Positions 35,909 through 48,091 of a DNA stretch of 64,000 nt are shown one piece after another (the stretch's first letter is position 1; each line of letters begins with the position of its first letter). The stretch comes from Mobula birostris (Eukaryota). The DNA lies in NCBI RefSeq assembly GCF_030028105.1, contig NC_092379.1, positions 24,545,821 through 24,609,820 on the forward strand, read 5' to 3'. A model generated the notes under the pieces. That model was given only the letters and a program-made list of their open reading frames with translations, did no database searches and was not told the origin of the DNA. A program made the translations under genes and the position numbers.

Positions 35909-36391
35909 AGGCATGCTATCTAATTGTACAGGAATGAAGCAAGAAAAATAGCTCTACTCATCCACTTACCTCGTCAAACAGACGAACTTTTTAAACCGTT
36001 AGCTCGTACCGTTAGCTTTGTGAGCCCTGTTGTTTCTGTCTGTCCGGGCCGATTTGCCAAGGGGAAAAAAAAAGAGATGGTGCCTCGCTCTCACCTCTTC
36101 CCGTTACCGTAAAATCCCGTTGAAGGCAAAGTCCTACACTCTGCTACCACTCACTCCGCTGCCCACTGTACAGGGTGGTCTCCTTTTTAAACTCTGGGCG
36201 CTGTTATGCCTACGCATGCGCATGCGCATTCTCGTCCTTCTTGCACTCAAAGACGTTTCTGTTTTCAAACTGCCTTCCTTCAGAATTCAGCTCCCACGCT
36301 GCTCTGCTTGTCCCGATCAAGAAGATCCAAATTCTAGAGATTCACCACCCTCTAGCTAAAAATAACATAAAAAAAAAAAAAATCTTCACAT

Positions 36392-39300
36392 CTCTGTTCT
36401 GAATGGGCAACCTTCAATCCTTAAGTCATGCAATCTCGTACTAGACTGCCCATCATGGGAAACAACTTTGCCACTCCCACTCTGTCCATGCCTTTCAACA
36501 TTCGAAATGTTTCTATGAGGTCTCCCCTCGTTCTTCTAAACTCCAAGAAATACAGTGCAAGAGCGCACAAACTTTCGTCATATGTTAGCCCTCTCATTCC
36601 CAGAATCATTCTAGTGAATCTTCTTTGCACCCTTTCCAACGTGAGCACATCTTTTCTTAAATAAGTAGCCCAAAACTGTCAACAGTACTCCAAGCGAGGT
36701 CTTACCAGCGCTATATAGAGCTTCAACATCACATCCCTGCTCCTGTACTCTATTCCTCTAGAAATGAATGCTAACATTGCATTCGTCTTCTTCACCACCA
36801 AATGAACTTGGAGATTAACTTTAAGGGTATCCCGAGGGCTCCCAAGTCCCGTTGCAACTCAGAAATCTGAATTCTCTCCCCACTTAATTAATGTATTTCA
36901 TTTGTCACTTCTTCAGAAATTTCTCCAATCTATCCAAGTCTCTCTGCAGACTCTCTGTTTCCTCAGCACTACCGGCCCCTCAACCTATCTCTGTATCATC
37001 AGCAAACTTATCCACGAAGCCATCTATTCCATAATCCAATTCGTTGATGTAGAACGTAATAAGAAGCAGTCCTAGCACGGATCCCTTGGAACAACACTGG
37101 TAACAGGCTACCAACCAGAATAGGATCCTTTTATTTCCAATCTCTGTTTCCTGCCAATTAGCCAACGCCCTATCTACGTATGCAACGTCACGGTAATCCC
37201 ATGTGCTCTTATCTTGTTAAGCAGCCTCATGTGTTGCGCCTTGTCAAAGGCCTTCTGAAAATCCAATATACAACATCCACTGCATCTCCCTTCTCTAGCC
37301 TACTTGTAATTTCCTCAAAAAAATTGTAATAGGTTTGTCAGGCAGGATTTTCCCTTAAGGAAACCATGCTGAGTTCTGTCTATCTTGTCATATGCCTCCA
37401 GATACTCTGTAACCTCATCCTTGACAATCAACTCCAACAACTTCCCAACAACCGATGTCAAGCTAACAGGTCTATAATTTCCTTTTTAGCTTCCTTGCCC
37501 GCTTCTTAAACAGCGGAGTAACATTTGCAATCTTCCAGTCCTCCGGAACCATGCCAGAATCTATCGACTTTTGAAAGATCATTGCTAATGCCACCGCAAT
37601 CTCCACAGCTCCTTCCTTCAGAACAAGAGGGTACGTTGCATCTTGTCCGGGAGATTTATCCACCCCTTGGCTATTCAGATTCCTGAGTACTTTCTCTGTC
37701 TTATGTGTGACTGCGCACACTTCTCTTCCGTGCCACCCTTGATTGTCTGGTATACTGCTGATGTCTTCCTCAGTGAAGACTGATGCAAAATACTCTTTCA
37801 GTTCCTCCGTCATCTCCTTATCTCCCATTACAATTTCTGCAGCATCATTTTTTATCTGTCCTATATCTACTCTAACCTGTCTTTTACTCTTCATATACTT
37901 AAAAATGCTTTTAGTATCCTCTTTGATATTAGTTACTAACTTCCTTTCATAGTTCATCTTTCCCTCTTAATGACCTTCTTACTTTCCTTATGTAATTGTT
38001 AACAATTTCCCAATCCTCTGTTTTCTCAGTAATTTTTGCTTCCTTGTATGCCCTCTCCTTAGCTTTAACTTTGGCTTTGACTTCTATGTCAGTCATGGTT
38101 GCGTCCTTTTTCCATTCGAAAATGTCTTATTTTTTGGAATATATCTGTCTTGCACCTTTCTCACTTCTCGCATAAACTCCAGCCACTGCTGCTCTGCCGT
38201 CCTTCCCGCTAGTGTCCCATTCCAGTCAACTATGGCCAGTTCCTCTCTCATGCCACTGTAATTTTCTTTACACCACTTAAATACCGACACATCGGATTTC
38301 GGCTTCTCTTTTTTTTCAAATTTCACAATGAACTCCATTGTGTTCTGATCACTGTCTCCTAAAGGTTCCTTCACCTCAATCTTTCTAATCACCTCCGGTT
38401 CATTACACAATACCCAAACCTGTGTAACCGATCCCCTGGTGGGCTCAACTACTGGTTGTTCTAAAAAGCCATCTCGCATACATTCTAGAAATTCTCTCTC
38501 TTGAGATCCAGTGTGGATCTGATTTCCCCAATCCACTCGCGTGTTAAAATCCTCCACAATTATCATAACACTGCCCTTCCGACAAGCCTTTTCTATGTCC
38601 ATTTGTAATTTGCAGTCCACATCACTGCAGCTGTTTGGATGCCAGTATATAACTGCCATCAGGGTCTGTTTTACCCCTGCGATTTCATAGCTCAACCTAT
38701 CAAGATTCTGCACCTTCTGATCCTATGTCACCTCTTTCTAATGAATTGATATCATTCCTTACCAATAAAGCCACTCCACCTGCCTATCCTTCCCATACAC
38801 CGTGTATCCTTGGACATTCAGCTCGCAGGGACATGCATCCTTTAACCACGTCTCAGTGATGGCCACAATATCATACCTGACAATCTGTAGCTGTACGACA
38901 AGATCATCCACCGTATTGATTATGCTGCGTACATTTAAATATAACACCTTAAGACCAGTACTTTGTACTTCATGCTTTGATTACACTGCAACTCATCCCA
39001 CTGGCTGCAATTTTGCCCCATCACCTGCTTATCTTTCTTAACATATTTACTGCTCACTATCTTAGATTTATTTCTGCTTTGCCCTTTCTCCGCTCTATCA
39101 TTCAGGTTCCCATCCCCCTGCCAAATTAGTTTAAACCTTCCCCAACAACTCTATTAAACTTTCCCGCCAGGATATTAGTCCCCCTCGGGTTCAGGTGTAA
39201 CCCGTCCATTTTGAACAGGTCATACTTCCCCCAGAAGAAATCCCAATGATCCAGGAATCTGAAGTCCTGCCCCCATGCACCAGATTCTCAGTCAAGCATT

Positions 39301-40025
39301 CATCTGTCTGAACCAACTATTCTTGCCCTCGCTAGACCGTGGCACAGGTCGCAATCGCCAGATTACTACCCTGGTGGTCCTGCTTCTCAGCTTCATTCCC
39401 AACTCCATGAAGTCTCTCTTCAGGCCCTCCTCCCTTCTTCTGTCTATGTCATTGGTACCAACATATACCAAGACAACTGGCTGCTCGCCCTCTCCCTTCA
39501 GAGTATTCTGGCCCCGAACGAAGACATTTCGTAGCCTGGCACCTGGGAGACAGTACACCATGCGGGATCTCTATCAGGCTCACAGAATCTCCTGTCTTTT
39601 TCCCTAACTATGGAATCCTCTAAGACTACCACATTCCTCTTCTTCCTCCTTCTTTCCTGCACTTCAGTGCCAGATACCCGGTCACCGTGGCTATCCCCTG
39701 TCAGGTCATCCCCCTCAACAGCATCCAGAACAAGATACTTGTTGCTGAGGGGGGCATCCACAGGGGTACTCTCCAATATCCGGGCATTTTCCAACCCTCT
39801 GCTGACAGTCACCCTGTTTTCTGACCCCTGTAGCCGAGGGATGACTCCCTCCCTGTAGCTCCAGTCTATCACCACTTCACTTTCCCTGATAAGCAGTAGG
39901 TCATCCAGCTGCAGCTCTAGATCCCTAACACGGTGTCTGAGGAGCTGCATCTCAGTACACCTGGCGGCGTGCCCTGTCTTCCAAATGCCCTCATTACAAT
40001 ATACCATGCCCCGACTCATAGATGC
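36392..40025 (-). mobile_element. Degraded CR1 LINE (second family) with ORF1 and ORF2 remnants
   Basis: ORF1 coiled-coil/esterase (RVRDLELQLDDL; VLEDSIVR; YVGTNDI), APE (YLNVRSI, VAITETWL, EDFN), RT (PEDWKIANVTPLFKK; FADDT; LERVQRRFTRMI). Confidence 0.9.
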
Positions 40026-41299
40026 TTAAGTGCTATTTCCTTCTCAGATTGAAGAAGGTAATTTAGTCACCGTGTAAAGATGTCATTGGGAATGTCCTCC
40101 TCCAGATTACACCTCAGTTCCATTTACCACAGTGTGCTTTGCATCTCTCCAGCTTCTTCCCTGATTCTCTGGCACTCATCTATTTTATACAATTCAGAGT
40201 ATGCTACTGAGCTATTAGTTAACCTGTTTCTCTTTACGTCCTTCATTACGAATGAGACATCGCTTTATATCGGACTTTAGTAATGCTCTCTATTTTTAAA
40301 TGTTTTCGGACTGCCCCTGCAGATATCGGTAAGATTGAGGAAATAGAAACAATCTCCACTAATGTGAATAGAAGTTCGGGCAAGCACATCAAGTGAGACA
40401 TATCGCTGAACATCTGTTTTCCAGAAGAAAACATATTTGTATCTATAACTATAAAGGACATTTGCGCCGAGAATATCTGAAAGGGAAAAAACAAGTGCTG
40501 AGCACGTTGGCGAAACAATCTGCAGATTCTCGATATTCAAAGCAACACCACGCCCAAAATGTTCTCGGAATTGAGCAATGCAGGCATTATTAATTGGAAG
40601 AGACTAAACATTTGATGTTTTGGGCCGAATCCCTGCTGTTGAGCAGATTGGATCAAGTTCAGAATTAACAGTGCCGCTGTCATTATTGCTGAGCAGTGGT
40701 TGGATTCACAATACACCTCACCACGGTAGTGCAGTAAATGCCTGTGGGTTTTGGAAAATGAATTCGCGTGCTTTCACGGCCATCTACAATGAAGGAGCAG
40801 AGCAATCGGTCTTATGTTATTGACTGGTTCAGCATCCGGTGTGATACCACAAGCATCAGTCTTAATTACGAAAATAATTATAAACAAAATTCATGATTAT
40901 CAGGAGCAATGATCTATAACATTTGGAAATTTGGACTGCGTCTGGGGATAATTTTTATCCTTATCTGTAAAGCTCGGCATTCCTTTGATTGGATAAATGT
41001 AGTGTTTCAACAAACGTTTTCCTGAGCAGCTCTATACAGTAAAGATTACAACCTTGGTGTAGCAGAGAGATGAACTTAATGCAATGTACAGTATAGAATT
41101 CTGGAATGGATTAACGGCTGGATTCTGCTAGGACGTATTCTGCCGATATTGCCCAGTACTATGTTTTACAATAAATCAACACCGTAGGTAACGAAGAAGA
41201 AAAATAACATCCATCAAAAACTTTTGACAGTTTAGACAGCTATGTCGCGAGAAATGCGGCGGATACACTGTATATGTTCAACATCTCTTCAGCGGTTTG

Positions 41300-44200
41300 A
41301 TCGGGGCGCGACTGCGCAAGCGCGTGGACTTCAACCAGTGAGAACAGCGAGAAGAGACACCTTATAGAGCGGAAATCAGAGGAGCAGGCGTCAGAGTAGA
41401 GGTAAACAGATTAGCAAGGCAATGGCTCGACGGAGCTTATTCGAAAAAGGCTCGACGTGAGTGAGGTTGCCTGTGTAGAATATAGACAAGAAGAATATGT
41501 GTGAGGTCGGTGTTTTATGCACCGTGTCAGATGCAGGAAGCCCTGCAAACTCCCATCCTCACGGACGGCCGTATCTGCAGCAGGTGCGTCGAGCTGCAGC
41601 TCATTAGGGACCGGGTTAGGGAACTGAGGATGCAACTGAATGACCTTCGTCTGGTCACGGAAAGTGAGGAGGTGATAGAGAGGAGCTAGATGCAGGTAAT
41701 CACACCGGGGCCTGGGGAAACAGGGTAATAGTCAGGAAAGGGAAGGGCAGGAGTCAGACGGTAGAGAGAACCCCTGTCGCCGTACCTCTTGACAATAAGT
41801 ACTACTGCTTGTTTACTGTTGGTGGTGGTGGAGGTTTGACCTGGGGGAAGCAATATTGCCCGCGCCTCTGGCAGGGAGTCCGGTCCTGTGGCTCAGAAGG
41901 TTAGCGAAAAGAAAAGGATGACAGCAGTGATAGTGACTCAATAGTTAGTGGGTTCGACAGGCAATTCTGGGGATGCAAGAAAGAAGCAGGGATGGTAGTT
42001 TGCATCCCATGTGCCAGGTTCCAGGAGGTTTCTGATCGCTTCCACGATATCCTGAAGTGGGAAGGAGAACAGCCAGAGTTCGTGGTACATATTGGTACCA
42101 ACGTCATATGCAGAAAAAATGGACGAGGTCCTGAAAGCAGTCTACAGAAAGTAGGAAGGAAGTTGAGAAGCAGGACCATAAATGTAGTCATCTCGGCATT
42201 TCTGACTTTGCCATGTAACACTTAGTATAGGAACAGATTCAGGTGAACAATAAATGCGTGGCTGAGTGATTGGAGCAAGGAGCAAGGATTCAGATTTCTG
42301 GATCATTTGCACCTGTTTTGAGGCATGAGTCAACTGTACAAAATGGACGGGTTGCACGTAAATCGCAAGGAGAACAATATCCTGTCGGGGAGGTCTGCTA
42401 AGTCTATTGGTGTGAGTTTACACTAAGATTGCTGGGGGTGGGAACCAAACTGAAGAGACGGAGGAAGAGGATGTTGGCTCACAAATAGAGAAAGATTGGA
42501 GACAGTGCGAGAGGGAAGATAGGCAGGAGATAGAGAAGGGTCGAGCTCAGACCGATCGCTTGACATGTGTCCATTTTAATGCAAGAAGTATTATGAGCAA
42601 AGCAGGTGAGCTTAGTGCGTGGATCAGTACTTGGATTTATGATGTTAAAGCAATTACAGAGACTTGGATGGCTCAGGAGAAGAAATGGTTACTTCGAGTG
42701 CCAGACTTTAGATGTTTCAGAAGGACAGGGATGGAGGAAAAAGAGGTGGGGATGGCACTGTTGATCAAAGATAGTGTCACGGCTGCAGAAAAAAGAATGA
42801 AGGCATGGTGGGATTGTCTACGCAGACTCTGTGGGTGGTAGTTAGCAACGGAAAGGGATCGATAACTCTACTGGTTGTTGTGTGTTTCTTATACAACATC
42901 CAATAGTAACGGGGACATCGAGAAGCAGATAGGACGACCGATTCTGGAAAGGTGTAATAATAACCTTTCCACAAGGTTATAATTCCACAAATATCGATGG
43001 GCGTGTCCCTGGATCGAGTGGTTAAATTTGAGTGGAGTTTATTAGATACGCTCAGGAAGGCTTCTTGACATAATTTGTCGATAAACCTACAAGATGAGAG
43101 ACTGTACTTGATTTGGTATTGGAAAATGAACGTGGTCAGGTGCCAGATCTTTCTGTTGGGGAGCATTTTTGAGATAGTGATCAGAATTCTAACTCCATTA
43201 CCATAGCATTCGAGAGTGATAGGAGCAGAACAATTCGGAAAGCATTTAAATTGGGGTAAAGGGAAATATGAGGCTATCAGACAACAACTTGGAAGCATAA
43301 ATTGGGAACAAATGTTCTCAGGGAAATATACGGAGGAACTGTGGCAAATGTTCAGGGGATAAATCCATATAATTCTGCATAGCTACATTCCAATGAGACA
43401 GAAAAAAGGTTGGTAGTGTACAGGTCACGTGGTATACAAAGACTGTTGTAAATCTAGCCAGAAGAAAAGAAGATCTCACGAAAGGTTCAACAAACAAGCT
43501 AATACAAACGATCGAGATAATTATAAGGCTAGACGGAAGGAGCTTAAGAGAGAAATTAGGAGAGCCATAAGGGATCATGAGAAGGCCTTGGTGGCCAGGT
43601 TTAAGGAAAACACCAAGGAATTCTATAAGTATGTGAAGAGCAAGAGGATAAATCGTGAGAGAATAGGACCGATAAAGTGTAACAGTGGAGAAGTGTGTAA
43701 GGAACAGTAGGAAGTAGCAGTGGTACTTAATGAGTATTACTGCAGTTGTACAGGGTCTCGGTGAGACCACACCCGGAGTATTGTGTGCAGTTTTGGTCCC
43801 CTAATCTGAGGAAAGACATTCTTGCGAAAGAGAGAGTATAAAAACGGTTCACCAGATTGATTCCTGGGATGGCAGGACTTTCATATGATGAAAGACTGAA
43901 TCGACTAGGCTTGTACTCGTTGGAATTTAGAAGATTGAGGGAGGAACTTATTGAAACGTATAAAATCCTAAGGGGATTGGACAGGCTAGATGCAGGAAGA
44001 TTGTTCCGATGTTGGGGAAGTCCAGACCGAGGGGTCACAGGTTTAGGATAAAGGGGAAGCCTTTTAGGACCGAGATTAGGAAAAACTTCTTCACGCAGAG
44101 AGTGGTGAATCTGTGGATTTCCCTGCCACAGGAAACAGTTGAGGTCAGTTCATTGACTATATTTAAAAGGGAGTTAGATATGGCCCTTGTGGCTAAAGGG

Positions 44201-45837
44201 ATTGGGGGTATGGAGGGAAGGATGGTAGAGGTCTCTGAGTTGGATGTTCAGCCATGATCATGCTAAATGGCCGTGCAGGCTCGAAAGGCCTAATGGCCTA
44301 CTCCTGCACATATTTTCTATGTTTCTGTGTTTCTATGAGTACTTTGTTTCACTATTCACGACGGAAAAATATCTTGGCGATTGGAGGGATGACTTACAGA
44401 GGACCGAAAAGCTTGAACATGTAGCTATTAGGAAAGAAAATGTGCTGGAGCTTCTGCAAAGCATCAAGTTAGATATCTCACCGGGACCGAACCAGCTGTA
44501 CCCCAGGCTACTGTAGAAGGCGAGGGGGGATATTGCGGAGCCTCTGGCCATGATCTTTGCATTATGAATGGGGACGGAGAGGGTTCCGGAGGGTTACATT
44601 ATACAGAAAAGTGAGTAGAGATAGCCCAGGATATTATAGACCAGAGAGTCTTACTTCAGTGGTTAGTCAGTTTATGGAAAATATCCTGAGAGGCAGTATT
44701 GATAAAAATTTAGAGAGACATAATATGATTAGGAATAGTCAGCATGGCTTTCTGAAAGGCACCTCGAAATGAATTTTTTGAGGCTGTGGCTAAACTCATT
44801 GATGAAGGTAAAACAGTAGGTGTCGTGTATTTGGATTTCACCAAGACATTTAAAAGGTATCCCATGGAAGGCTTATTCAGAAACTAAGGATGCATGGGAT
44901 CCCAGGGGGAATTGCTTCGTAAATCCGGAACTGGCTTGCCCACACAATGCAAAGTATGGCTGTAGACGGGTCATATTCTACACGGAGGTCAGTAACCAGT
45001 GGTGTGTCTCAGGGATCTGTTCTGGGACCCCTACTCCTCGTGATTTTATGAATAACCTGGATGAGGAAGTGGAGGGATGGTTTGTAAACTTGCTGATGAC
45101 ACAAAGGTGGGAGGTATTGTGGGTAGTGTGGAGGGCTGTCAGTGGTTACAGCGGGGCATTGATAGGATGCAACGCTGTGCTGAGAAGTGGCGGATTGAGT
45201 TCAACCAAGATAAGTGTGAGGTGAAATATGATGACAGAATATAATATTGAAGGTAAGACTCAAGAAAGTGCGGAGGGTCAGATAGAACTTATGGTCCGAG
45301 TCCGTAATACACACAATGCTACTGTGAAGGTTGACTCTGTGGTAAATAAAAGAAAAAAATACATACAGTGTATTGGCCTTCATCAATCGTGGGATTGAGT
45401 TTATGAGCTGAGAGGTACTGTGGCGGCTATGTAGGATCCTGGTCAGACCCCTATTGGACTACTGCGCTCAGTTCTAGTTGCCTCATTGTAACAGCTATTG
45501 ATCGTGTGGATAGACATAGGCTTTTTTTTTTCCCAGGAGGGAAATTGCTAGCAAGAGAAGGAACAGTTTTTGATTCTTGGATATAGCTACAGAGGAGATA
45601 TCAGGGGTAAGTTTTCTTTATTCAAATAGTGGTCTGTGCATTAAGTGTGCTGCCGGTGACGGTGCTGGAGACGGATACGATAAGGTCCTTTCTGAGAGTC
45701 CTGGACAGGTACATGGTGCTCAGAAAAATATAGAGCTATGTGTACCCCAAGGTAATTTCTACGGTAAGGACACGTTCGACACAGCTATGTGGGCATAAGG
45801 GCCTGTATTGTGCTGTAGGTTTTCTATGTTTCTATGT
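41300..45837 (+). mobile_element. Near full-length degraded CR1 LINE (5' UTR, ORF1, ORF2)
   Basis: GC-rich 5' UTR; ORF1 CxxC...CxxC knuckle and VHIGTN esterase; APE FNARSI/AITETW; RT pieces; (TTTCTATG) tail at about 45820-45837. Confidence 0.85.
43737..44334 (+). mobile_element. Younger CR1 3' fragment nested inside the host CR1 ORF2
   Basis: Own 3' tail (TTTCTATG-like); flanked by the direct repeat ATGAGTA (43730-43736 and 44335-44341); the host reading resumes after it. Confidence 0.8.
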
Positions 45838-48091
45838 AATACCGAGATTTGCGGAAATCCAAACAACAACGGAGACAATTAGTACTGGAACTAAGCGAAA
45901 AGTGTTATGGAGACCAAAACATTATCGGCCCTGAATTATTGAAGCCAAGAGTCCTTCCGCGATGTCGACTGACCCACTTCATATATTTTCTGAAGTATGC
46001 ATTGTTTGTTCATTTCCCAGCCTGCCATGCTGAACTCCTCCAACAATTCGTGTGTGTTACTTAATACATTTTCAGTTGTTGAGATATTATGAAATACCAT
46101 GTATATATGCTCCTGTACCTTCCTCAAGAAACTAAAATGACCCGGTGTGAAATAAAATAAAATGAATGCGCTTTTTTTTTTAATAACATAACATCGTACA
46201 TTCTGTCTCTAATTACATGGCGCCACGTAATCCTCACAGAATTCTAGAATTTGATGCAGTGCCCTGTGCGTATTATGAATGAATAAATGTCTAGATCTAC
46301 AGACTCCACAGAAGCACGGATAATGCTTCAGGAATGGACTATACGGCCATTCGAGCTTGTCCCATTCTGCTGTATAACTACGACGAATTGTACAAATTCC
46401 GTTCAATATTTCAACTCCTCCAATTACCCCTCTGGGCGAGCAGTTGCACCTCACCCTATTTTCAATATACTTATTGATCTGGTATTTGATTTCACTCCTT
46501 AACCAGCACAGTCCTCTCTGTCTAAAGTGGCCTGTAGTCGACAATCTCAGAACATCAGCATGTTTTTTTTTTTTTATATATCAGAATGACTCCTGGGGAA
46601 GGAATGCAAAACGTGTTTATGGTTCAGGAAATGAACATCCCGGTAGATTTTCAAGTTGCTGTTTAGGAATCGCCTACGCTGTCTCTCTCACACAGATTAT
46701 TCGGCTGGAAGCAACTTTTCAAGCACAAAATACACAGTCGTTTCCTTTAAGCACATTGTCGGTGTCTATCGTGACGGCTTTGAAATACTGGAATTGAAAT
46801 GTGGAAAGAAAGAGAATTAAAGAAAAATGATTAAATACAAAACTATTTTTTTTTACAAGGCAGTTATTTTCTGTATACTAAAGAAGGACAGAAGAATCAA
46901 GTGATACAGTACGTGAAATTAGCAGAGGGATTTGAATTTCCATGATACTATAAATTAATTTGATTGTTTTAAATGGAATGGTAGAACAGGTTCGAGGGTC
47001 GATTGACCTACCAAGGGGTATTAATTTGATAATACATTCCCGCTTGTCATACCAACACAGACGATGCGTTCTAATACCTCTCCGCGAGATTGCAATGCTA
47101 TATAATATGAAACGATGACAAATTAATCTTTCATATCTGGTATCAACGCCTCCTTAAGCGAAGGGATTATTATCTTCAGCAGCACTGCGCATTCAAATGC
47201 AATTGTACGGGCATGCATCGTGGAATTATTGATGTTTAATGGAATTATAACATTTAATTTCCTTCCCATCTACACATAGCCTGCTTCCCTCCTTCAATCT
47301 CTATGGCCGAGTCCGAAATTTTACTGTGCACCCCGAGTATAACTGAAAGGAATAACTGCTTTTCTTGGCTACGAGAAGGAAGCAGTTTCCAGCCGGCTAC
47401 TCAGAGAAACAAAGTCGTTGTTGGTGGACAGAACATAACAAGGTAAATCTCTGCCCAGCAACAGGTCTCACATGATGCCAGAACAAATCCTTATTGGTTA
47501 CTTGGTGCATCATTCAGTTTGAATCCAAACTTGGCTCTTAATTTACATAGATGCATAGGAGGCTGATGCACTGGAAAAACTGGTATTCACACAAAACGCA
47601 GTGACATACCTTTCTGCTTAACAAAAGCCTCAAATATCCACGAAGGTATGCCACCCACACCCGAACCCTTGTCAAAAGGGCGAACTAACCTCTTTGAAGG
47701 TGACTGGCTGAATACAGGCAGTGAAATGTGAAATTATCTGGCAAATCTAGAATGGCAAGTTCTCTGCAGAACCTATTGCTCAGCAGGAGGATATGGGGAT
47801 TATAATTAACTGAACAATATTGGGTTCAGGCTGTTGAAATGCAATGCCCAAACCAGTCATCTCTACCCCACTCCTGACAACGCATATTTGGAAAATTATG
47901 CCCATTGCACACATGCTGTATTACACGCAATGTTACCGACGGGACAGAGCAAAATAAATTTATTCTGCATTATCTCTGTCCGCTTGGTCATTTGCTCGTT
48001 ATTCTCGAAAGATCTTATCCAGTCAGATGGAAGACAGTAGTGATTTTTTTTTTCTTTTCTGTTACTGTGAAGACTCAAAAATGGCTTTTTT

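Noticed and set aside
36217-36228. Perfect NRF1-type palindrome TGCGCATGCGCA
   Set aside because: It lies in GC-rich sequence resembling a CR1 5' UTR; no host gene start nearby.
40068-40074. CACGGTG heptamer downstream of the 40.3-40.5 kb relic
   Set aside because: No nonamer at 12 or 23 nt, and too far from the putative Cys23 for a V exon.
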